32,000 bases of DNA, taken from Candidatus Electrothrix sp. GW3-4. Its GTDB lineage: Bacteria > Desulfobacterota > Desulfobulbia > Desulfobulbales > Desulfobulbaceae. This document shows, piece by piece, positions 25,248 to 32,000 of the stretch (within the stretch, counting starts at the first letter, position 1; each line of letters begins with the position of its first letter). The notes beneath the pieces are model-generated. The model saw only the letters and a list, made by a program, of their open reading frames with translations, ran no database searches and had not been told where the DNA came from. The position numbers were made by a program, and so were the translations under genes. Where the stretch lies: the NCBI RefSeq assembly GCF_037902255.1, contig NZ_CP147990.1:3930001-3962000 (forward strand). The letters run 5' to 3'.

Positions 25248-26107
25248 AGAAAACGCTCAAAATGATACCACTCAAAGGGATGCTGCCGTAAGGCCTGCTC
25301 CAGCAGATCCGCATAATGCTGGGCAGCTCGATTGAGTGCGGCAGCCCTGTCCTGGCGGGATTGGGCCTGCACAGTAAGAGGATCGGACAGGGTGAAGGTA
25401 TAGCTTTTGCCGGTCCGGAAGGTGAAAAAGGCAAACAGGGGGGAACCGGAAACCAGGGCAAAGATAAAAGGCGCCTCTGGGATATAGGCATCATGACCAA
25501 GAAAGGTCACCCGCAGCCTGCGCTGATCATGGCGCCACAGCCTATCCCCGGTCAGGGAAACCAGCCCGCCGGATTGGAGAAAGCGGATCCCTTCCACAGC
25601 GGAAAAGGCCGCGTTTTCCTCCTGATCAACCCCGATAATGGTTACCCCGGAGCGTCGTAAATCCTCTTTCTGGATACGCTCCACCCCTTCTTTTTCCTTT
25701 ACCCCCATATAGAGCAACAAACGAAGATCTGCCTTTTGTCGCTTGAGCAAGGTAGCCGCCATTTCCCAATTTCCGAGATGGGACATCAGGAGGATGCCGC
25801 CCTGCTTGCCAATCACCGCCTCCAGGTTTTCCCAGCCCTGAGAGGTGAAATCAACATTGTGGGAGCTGTTCAGCAACAAGCGGTCAAAATGGATAGTGGT
25901 GAAATGCTGATATTGTTGAAAGGTACACCAGAGATGGTAGAGCTTGCTCTGTTCAGGATAGAGGGCTGCATAAAAACGGCGACTTTCCGGGACATTTCGG
26001 GAAAAGAGGAAGTAGCCCGTCGCGATGATCCGGGCAATAAGGGCGAAGAACCAAGAACCAAAGATCCAGGAGGATCCCACAAGGAGTTTATACCAAAAGC
26101 CGTTCAT
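25241..26107 (-). CDS. LpxL/HtrB-family lysophospholipid (lipid A-type) acyltransferase
   Basis: HLGNWE (HX4D/E-type) motif and an N-terminal membrane anchor. The ATG at 26107 overlaps the GT2 stop as ATGA. Confidence 0.75.
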   Translation of the reverse strand: MNGFWYKLLVGSSWIFGSWFFALIARIIATGYFLFSRNVPESRRFYAALYPEQSKLYHLWCTFQQYQHFTTIHFDRLLLNSSHNVDFTSQGWENLEAVIGKQGGILLMSHLGNWEMAATLLKRQKADLRLLLYMGVKEKEGVERIQKEDLRRSGVTIIGVDQEENAAFSAVEGIRFLQSGGLVSLTGDRLWRHDQRRLRVTFLGHDAYIPEAPFIFALVSGSPLFAFFTFRTGKSYTFTLSDPLTVQAQSRQDRAAALNRAAQHYADLLEQALRQHPFEWYHFERFLY

Positions 26108-26886
26108 CGTGTAAATACCCTGAAAATTCTTTCCCAAATCAATCTATTGAAGGTAACGGAGTTTCGCCAAAAATCCAGCCAGGGTTGAAAATGGCTCACC
26201 CGGACGCCCTTGGGTTGGTAGATCACCCGGATAGGGGCCTCTTTGACGACGAGCCCATGCAATCGGGCCTGGACCAGGATCTCCACCTCAAATTGATAGC
26301 GACGGGCCTGCACAGCCAGGTGCTGGGCCTCCGGGAGGGGATAGAGCCGGAAACCGGATTGAGAGTCCGTCAGCCATGGGCCTCCAGCGGCCCAGACCCA
26401 GAAATTAGAAAAACCTCGGCCAAGGCGGCTGGTCCAGGGGACATTGACGTTTTCCTCCATCCCCTGTCGTTTACCAATAACCAGGCAGCGCTTACCATCC
26501 TGGACTGCCTGTAGCAGATTTCCTGCGTCTTCCGGGTGATGCTGGCCGTCGCTGTCCAGGCTGATGGCCCAGTCATGACCTTTTTGCTCTGCGGCCCTGA
26601 AACCGGTGAGGAGGGCCGCCCCTTTACCTTGATTTTCCGCATGACGGAGAACGGTAATGCCGTCAAGGGAGGCCAGGACTTGCGGGGTAGAGTCAGTGGA
26701 ACCGTCGTCGATGACAAAAATCGGAAGCTTAAGTTGTCGGGCCTTGCAGATGACCTCGCCTATTTGCCTGCCATGGTTGTAGGCCGGGATAATGAGGGCG
26801 GGACTCATGGAGAATCCAGGCCATTTGATCTGATCTATCCGATTGCATTCTTTATTTTTGCGACCTTCCTCAGTCATCGCGACCAT
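26104..26886 (-). CDS. Glycosyltransferase family 2 (polyprenol-phosphate/GtrB/ArnC-like)
   Basis: PALIIPAYN, VIDDGSTD and LDSDGQH (DXD) motifs. An alternative start at 26808 (MSPALII) is possible. Confidence 0.8.
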   Translation of the reverse strand: MVAMTEEGRKNKECNRIDQIKWPGFSMSPALIIPAYNHGRQIGEVICKARQLKLPIFVIDDGSTDSTPQVLASLDGITVLRHAENQGKGAALLTGFRAAEQKGHDWAISLDSDGQHHPEDAGNLLQAVQDGKRCLVIGKRQGMEENVNVPWTSRLGRGFSNFWVWAAGGPWLTDSQSGFRLYPLPEAQHLAVQARRYQFEVEILVQARLHGLVVKEAPIRVIYQPKGVRVSHFQPWLDFWRNSVTFNRLIWERIFRVFTR

Positions 26887-26955
26887 CCGATTGCTTTTCG
26901 TTTGAGTTTAATGTGTTCCATATTTTTAACGGAACAGAACCATCTTGACTGAGGT

Positions 26956-27411
26956 TTAATTTTCCCCTGGGACTCGTTCGCTCGAGATTAAAACGACTCC
27001 AAAATACTGAGTTGTTGTTGATTGATCTTTTTTTTCAACAATCTCAACTTGCCTATCAAAGGTGACAAATCCATCAGCGATAATTTTGATTCCATGTTGT
27101 CCAAGGCGCAGTTGCCACTTCGTTGGCTCATCTTTTTCATTTGTTGTTCGAAGCCGATTTCTATACACCAACTTATCATCTATATATAATTCATAATAAT
27201 AACTTTTTCTACAGTCCTCATAGTCGTTACAGTTCCTGTCACCATTTGATCTTTTCTTACTCGGGGATATACTTGGTGATATTGAGACAATGACGCCCTC
27301 TTGCTGTACCTCTTGTTTCTCTTGTTTCTCTTGAGGTGGATTATTGCTTTCTAAACAACCGGCACAAGATAACAAAAAAACAAGAAAAATAGAGCTGACG
27401 AGTAACTTCAT
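26956..27411 (-). CDS. Hypothetical lipoprotein (PEGA/beta-sandwich-like C-terminus)
   Basis: Signal peptide with a lipobox-like FLLSCAGC, a QEKQEKQE linker, a strong GGGAGGGGG Shine-Dalgarno sequence, and AT-rich composition. Confidence 0.6.
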   Translation of the reverse strand: MKLLVSSIFLVFLLSCAGCLESNNPPQEKQEKQEVQQEGVIVSISPSISPSKKRSNGDRNCNDYEDCRKSYYYELYIDDKLVYRNRLRTTNEKDEPTKWQLRLGQHGIKIIADGFVTFDRQVEIVEKKDQSTTTQYFGVVLISSERVPGEN

Positions 27412-27590
27412 ACCCCCTCCCAGTATTTTAAGAATAACCTTGCGCTGTCCACCGACTATCTATTTTAGATTCCTTTAAATCCTTCCCCTTTTCTCAACTC
27501 ACTGACTCCGTTCCACTTAAAGCACATCATAAGTTTGATATTTTGTAAATAACAAACTTTAGATTAAGTCAACCCAAGCCTAGTTTCTGT

Positions 27591-27738
27591 TATAATCGTC
27601 GTCCTGAGAATGCAATTACTACTGTTTAGACTGCCACAGCTGGAAGAATGAACTCAAATTCAAAACACCCTATGAAGTATTTGAGAAACCGACAGGGGTG
27701 GATGTCAGAAAAATTATGGGTTATGCACCTATCACTTG
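27591..27738 (+). pseudogene. C-terminal remnant of a DDE (IS30-like / rve-type) transposase, frameshifted
   Basis: Two frames read YNRRPENAITTV-stop and CHSWKNELKFKTPYEVFEKPTGVDVRKIMGYAPIT-stop. Together they resemble the conserved (L/Y)NxRPRKxLxxKTPxEVF transposase C-terminus. No upstream catalytic region remains. Confidence 0.45.
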
Positions 27739-27770
27739 AATCCAGGAATCCATTACAGGCTCTGGAGACC

Positions 27771-27806
27771 AAAAAACCGGGTCAACGTGCTGAGCACGCT
27801 GCCCGG
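27771..27806 (-). terminator. Rho-independent terminator (minus strand)
   Basis: The minus strand reads CCGGGCAGCGTGCTCAGCACGTTGACCCGG (about 12 bp of stem with one bulge) followed by TTTTTTGG. It lies about 100 nt downstream of the 27910 stop. Confidence 0.7.
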
Positions 27807-27909
27807 TGACTGACTCCTGAAATCATGTATTCGCCCGCCCGTGAATATTCTTCAGCACGAACAACTCGAAATAGCAACTAAGGCTACTCGGTCTTTTGAG
27901 GGCTGGGAA

Positions 27910-28089
27910 TCATGCGCCTTCTGAATATTCCAAACCACTCAACTCCTGCTTTAACGCATCAACATACATGGAATTTGTTTCGTACAGAATTATATGCGTT
28001 CCCTTGTACATATCCCGTGCTGTTTCAGCATAGTAAATCTTATTTTTCAATTCATTGACACGATCCCTTTTTATCTTTTCACTTTCCAT
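27910..28089 (-). CDS. Hypothetical small protein (59 aa, predicted helical)
   Basis: ATG at 28089 (MESEKIKRDRVNELKNKIYY...) with GAAGGA 7-8 nt upstream. The longer 96-aa track ORF would overlap the upstream gene. Confidence 0.45.
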   Translation of the reverse strand: MESEKIKRDRVNELKNKIYYAETARDMYKGTHIILYETNSMYVDALKQELSGLEYSEGA

Positions 28090-28147
28090 AACAAATCCTT
28101 CCCGTACGCACTTGATAGTAAAGAAAAAATCCAACCCTTTTCTGCCC

Positions 28148-28447
28148 TCAAAAAAACAAATAATGCTGAGATATTGCACAAACAAACCCAACAGCAGCAA
28201 CCAGCGCCACAGTTAAACCCAGCAGAAGGGTGTGCCAATATGTCTGAGCCAAGTACAACAACTCGCCACCCTCAAGAAGAAAAAGCACCATATATGCTGC
28301 CATAAAACCGCCCATAAGCGGCGCAATAATAATGGAAAACAAGCCAAGTGAATAGTAATGACTGACAACCAGGATCATAAATGAAACTACAAAACTTGCT
28401 AGTGCGGTCAACCCGTTCGTCAATAGAATCTTCCATAAATTATACAT
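28148..28447 (-). CDS. Hypothetical small membrane protein (99 aa, about 3 TM helices)
   Basis: GAGGGAAG Shine-Dalgarno sequence upstream of the ATG at 28447. Three hydrophobic helices. No recognisable family. Confidence 0.5.
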   Translation of the reverse strand: MYNLWKILLTNGLTALASFVVSFMILVVSHYYSLGLFSIIIAPLMGGFMAAYMVLFLLEGGELLYLAQTYWHTLLLGLTVALVAAVGFVCAISQHYLFF

Positions 28448-28935
28448 AGATGTGCTTCCCTCAAGTTCAAAAATCTCAAATTACAAGCTAATAAAGCATA
28501 AATCATTCCTAAAAAATAAATATTTTTTTATGGTCATATATCCTACAGATATGGGACTTAATAGAACAGAGTGCTTATTGGTTATGAATATTAATTACAC
28601 AGAACACATCCTCTCCCCGAAACTGACACATACAAATAATCACATATTACTATAACGTTAAGCGTAATGTATACTTTTTACATACCTCCAAAAACGTTCT
28701 TTCACCTCTAACACCTTGCATTTCCAGACAAAGAAAAAGCCACTGCTTTCCCCCACTCAAGCGGTACTGTTGCGCGACCACGCACACCAATATCCCTCTC
28801 TAGCTTCCAATCTCTTCCCACACCGACGCAAGCGACTTTCAGATTCTGTCGAAATATGCTATGGAGAGAGAGCGAAACGCGAAAGTCCACCAAGCAAGAT
28901 GATTCATTCTCTATAACTCCCACGAGAAGCCAACT

Positions 28936-30927
28936 ATGAATACAGCTGACCGACAGAACAACCGCCATGCGCAAGTCAGTTCGACAAGCGTTTTCAGATT
29001 AGAAACAATGAAAAGCTATCTTGCTGGCCTAATGGACCAAGCCGACTCTGCTAAACTGATGCTCTGTAGTCCAGCTATCATCGAACCTATCTTTAACGGC
29101 GCCACCAGACTGAACCCCACATCTCTGTTCCTCAATACCGGTTCAGCAGAGGATATGGCCTATATTAGACAGCAGGCCCTCAACCATAATGAAGAATATC
29201 CCCTGGCCACCACGGGCCACACCTACCATTTTGATGGCCCCAAGGATCAGGGACGAGACACCGTCAACACCAAATATCTTGCCTACGCCGACACCCCGAT
29301 CAGCTCCCTCCAACAAAAACTGGACCACAGAACAGGCCTGGTAGAGGTCCGTATGATGATGGATGATCTCATGGTCAATAAAGAGATGATTGTCTCGTTT
29401 ATCTCCCGAGGCCCCATCGGCAGCAAGGTTGCGGACCCTACTCTCCAGCTCACGGATTCGTACTACGTCATTCATAGTGAGTACCTGCTCTACCGCATGG
29501 TTGGTCCAGAAACCTTTTCCCGTGATGTTGAAGAGCAAGGCTATCTTTTTATCAACTGCCATAGTGCTGGTGAGTTAACGGCCGACCACGTTTCGGCAGA
29601 CCTCGAAGAACGACGCATTTACATGGACGTAGAACGTTTCCGTTCCTACAGCATCAACAACCAGTATGCGGGCAACTCCATTGCTCCGAAAAAGATCAAC
29701 CACCGTTTTGCCAATATGAACAATCTACGCCGCCATTTCGGCAGCCGCCTGGATGAACATATGTTCATCACTGGCTTTGATCTTGACGGAGAAACCGTTT
29801 ATTTTGCCGGAGCCTATCCCAGCGGCTGCGGTAAGACCGGAACCGCAATGACCGGCGATGCCCTGATCGGTGACGATCTTGCCAAAATCTTCATCGATGA
29901 GGAGAGCGGCGAGGTCCGGGCAGTAAACCCAGAAAAGGGTATGTTTGGCATCATTGAGGGGGTGAATCGACAGGATGACCCGGAAACCATGGACGTGCTG
30001 GAACGGGAAGGCCAAGAGGTCATCTTCTCCAATCTACTGGTTCATGACCAGAAACCATACTGGCAGGACTGCGGCTATGATATTCCCGCAAGAGGGCGTA
30101 ATTTCGCAGGAGAGTGGACAAAGGACTCTGGGAGCCCCATGTCCCATAAAAATGCCCGCTTCACCATCTCCCTGGATAGGCTGGCCAATTATGATCCAGC
30201 CACGGAAGATCCCAAGGGCGTCAAGCTCAGCTGCCTGGTCTTCGGAGGTCGGGATTACACCACCATGCCCACTATCGTCATGGCCCATGACTGGATGAAC
30301 ACGGTTGTCCACGGAGCAATTATCCGTTCCGCCACCACCGCAACAGAGCTCGGTGCCGATGGCAGTGAAAAGCGATCACCCTTTGCCAACGAGGCCTTTT
30401 TTCCTGGCCCTTTGGGACAATACATCTCTCATTACAAGGCCTTTGGCGAAAACCCAGGTATTGACAAAGACTGCCTCCCCAGCGGTTTCCAGGTCAACTA
30501 CTGGCTGCATAAAAGTGCCCGCCGTGAGCTCGCCCCAGGAGAAACAGATGGCCTGCTGGGAGAAAAACAAGACACCAAGGTCTGGATGCGTATCATGGCT
30601 CTGATGCATCAGGACAAAGTGGCGACCATCTGGACCCCTATTGGGCTCATCCCAAAATACCCTGACCTGCAACGACTGTTCAGCGAACTGCTTGACAAGG
30701 AGTACAGCCAAGAACTCTATACCCAGCAGTTTTCCCTGTACATCGAGAATCTTATCCACCGAATAGATACGTCTATTGAAGAATTCGCCCAAGAGCAGGG
30801 AATGCCAGATGAATTCTTCCACACCCTGGACACCTGGAGACGGGATCTGCGCGCCCTGGAATCTGTTATTGGCCCCGTGGTCACCCCGGCGCAGGTGATT
30901 GAGTACGCAGCTGCACATATGCCTTGA
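28936..30927 (+). CDS. Divergent member of the GTP-dependent phosphoenolpyruvate carboxykinase family
   Basis: Colinear with GTP-PEPCK motifs: NQYAGNSIAPKK (cf. GSGYGGNSLLGKK), DEHMFITG (cf. AEHMLILG), AYPSGCGKTGTAM (cf. AFPSACGKTNLAM), IGDDLAKI...AVNPEKGMFG (cf. VGDDIAWM...AINPENGFFG), KNARF (cf. PNSRF), VFGGRD (cf. IFGGRR), TPIGLIPK (cf. TPIGYIPK). Confidence 0.75.
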   Translation: MNTADRQNNRHAQVSSTSVFRLETMKSYLAGLMDQADSAKLMLCSPAIIEPIFNGATRLNPTSLFLNTGSAEDMAYIRQQALNHNEEYPLATTGHTYHFDGPKDQGRDTVNTKYLAYADTPISSLQQKLDHRTGLVEVRMMMDDLMVNKEMIVSFISRGPIGSKVADPTLQLTDSYYVIHSEYLLYRMVGPETFSRDVEEQGYLFINCHSAGELTADHVSADLEERRIYMDVERFRSYSINNQYAGNSIAPKKINHRFANMNNLRRHFGSRLDEHMFITGFDLDGETVYFAGAYPSGCGKTGTAMTGDALIGDDLAKIFIDEESGEVRAVNPEKGMFGIIEGVNRQDDPETMDVLEREGQEVIFSNLLVHDQKPYWQDCGYDIPARGRNFAGEWTKDSGSPMSHKNARFTISLDRLANYDPATEDPKGVKLSCLVFGGRDYTTMPTIVMAHDWMNTVVHGAIIRSATTATELGADGSEKRSPFANEAFFPGPLGQYISHYKAFGENPGIDKDCLPSGFQVNYWLHKSARRELAPGETDGLLGEKQDTKVWMRIMALMHQDKVATIWTPIGLIPKYPDLQRLFSELLDKEYSQELYTQQFSLYIENLIHRIDTSIEEFAQEQGMPDEFFHTLDTWRRDLRALESVIGPVVTPAQVIEYAAAHMP

Positions 30928-30945
30928 TAATCTATATATTTTTCT

Positions 30946-32000
30946 ATGAAATTCAAATTGATCTATCCCAAATGGCCCAAACTGGACAGGCAGACCGAGT
31001 TCCACCTGCCCCCGCACGGCCCTGTGGTCTTTGCCGCTGCCTTGCCTGACTTTATTGACGTCGATTTTGTCGATGAAAATCTGGAAGAGATTGACTTTGA
31101 CGATCCAGTGGATTTTGTCGGCATATCCATGATGCTCACCGTGCAGGTCAAACGGGGCTGGGAAATCGCAGACCGCTATCGCAAGCAAGGCACCAAGGTC
31201 ATCTTTGGTGGAATTGCTACCATGCTCCATGCCGAGGAAACCATGCAGCATGCAGATGCCGTTTTTCTCGGCGAGGCCGAAGGCCGGATGGAACAGGTCC
31301 TGTCGGATTTCAGAAAGGGATGCCTCCAACCCTGCTATGATTTTATCAATAACCAGCCTGATATTGCTTTGGTAGGACCAGCCCGACGGGACATCCTCAA
31401 CCGCAGGCTCTATAACCATAAGGGCGTGCAGATGGTCGATCTGGTTCATGCCTCCCGGGGCTGTCGCTTCAACTGCTACCCCTGCGCGGTTGCCTACCTG
31501 GGGGGAAGGAAGTTCCGACCCCGCCCTGTGGATAAGGTAGTGGAGGAGCTCAGCGGGATTGAGAACAACCGCCTCTTTCTCGTGGATAACTCCCTGGCCC
31601 AGGATACGGCCTGGGAGATGGATCTGTTCCGCGAGATGATCCCACTGAAAAAGAATTGGTGCTGTCATCCCATTGAGGATAAGCCCGAGGTGCTGGAGCT
31701 GGCAGCCCAGGCCGGGGCCTGGTACGTCTATCAGGCCGTGTTTGACACCTCTGATTACATCAAGGAGCGAATCAAACGCTACCATGATTACGGAATAGGG
31801 GTAGAAGGAACTATTCTGCTAGGATTGGATAACCACACAGAGGATTTTATCAAACGACTGATCGATTTTCTCCTGGAAATCGAGCTGGATCTGGCTGAGT
31901 TTACCGTCCTCACCCCCTTTCCGCACACCAAGGCCTACACCGAGCTCCATGAGCAGAAACGCATCCTCTTCTCTGATTGGGATGCGTATTCTGCTGACAA
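30946..32000 (+). CDS. B12-binding-domain radical SAM protein (3' end outside the window; absent from the ORF track)
   Basis: The ATG at 30946 lies 18 nt after the upstream stop, and the frame stays open to the window end. It has an N-terminal cobalamin-binding-type domain (VDFVGISMMLTVQ...KVIFGGIATM) and a CxxxCxxC cluster, ASRGCRFNCYPCAV. Confidence 0.8.
   Translation, partial: MKFKLIYPKWPKLDRQTEFHLPPHGPVVFAAALPDFIDVDFVDENLEEIDFDDPVDFVGISMMLTVQVKRGWEIADRYRKQGTKVIFGGIATMLHAEETMQHADAVFLGEAEGRMEQVLSDFRKGCLQPCYDFINNQPDIALVGPARRDILNRRLYNHKGVQMVDLVHASRGCRFNCYPCAVAYLGGRKFRPRPVDKVVEELSGIENNRLFLVDNSLAQDTAWEMDLFREMIPLKKNWCCHPIEDKPEVLELAAQAGAWYVYQAVFDTSDYIKERIKRYHDYGIGVEGTILLGLDNHTEDFIKRLIDFLLEIELDLAEFTVLTPFPHTKAYTELHEQKRILFSDWDAYSAD

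Noticed and set aside
30376-31785. 469-aa ORF on the minus strand spanning the PEPCK-like / radical SAM junction
   Set aside because: It overlaps two plus-strand genes with strong family motifs and even crosses their intergenic spacer. It has no recognisable domains. The real gene here is the plus-strand rSAM ORF (30946 onward), which the track omits because it has no stop within the window.

Overview
The window looks like a roughly 50-55% GC Gram-negative chromosome. A Desulfobacterota-like origin is only a low-confidence guess. All family calls come from motif recognition by eye; no searches were run.

Gene content by region:
- Core genes, 1-6.4 kb: the 3' end of an acyltransferase_3 gene, bamD, an orphan GspE/PilB-type ATPase, and a pmbA-tldD pair in which TldD carries a Tat signal.
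- Plasticity zone, about 6.45-14.3 kb:
  - an APC permease flanked by an intact HAD-hydrolase gene and a decayed copy of that gene;
  - an AT-rich three-gene island (GH15/phosphorylase-kinase-like protein, two-TM jelly-roll-like protein, DUF697-like protein) that appears to have cut off the 3' end of an HU-like/DUF4469 gene;
  - an array of about 10 copies of a 23-bp tandem repeat;
  - an intact 1859-bp IS with terminal inverted repeats and a perfect 8-bp target duplication, inserted just after the terminator of the symporter gene.
- 14.4-19.5 kb: a DUF4212 + SSS two-subunit symporter, preceded by a tightly coupled pair (cNMP-CBS-DUF294 nucleotidyltransferase and DEDDh exonuclease).
- 19.5-26.9 kb: a DUF3592 membrane protein, ricT(PSP1)-holB-Zn-ADH, moeA, and a GT2/LpxL-like acyltransferase pair.
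- 26.95-28.9 kb: a second AT-rich patch with a lipoprotein, a transposase remnant and two small genes.
- 28.9-32 kb: a divergent GTP-PEPCK-fold gene 18 bp upstream of a B12-binding radical SAM gene that runs off the window. That gene is missing from the ORF track.

Best candidates for undescribed biology:
1. the sensor-NTase/exonuclease pair linked to the symporter;
2. the divergent PEPCK + B12-rSAM pair;
3. the 23-bp repeat array;
4. the AT-rich three-gene island.

I saw no CRISPR array, tRNA or rRNA, and no recognisable defence system.
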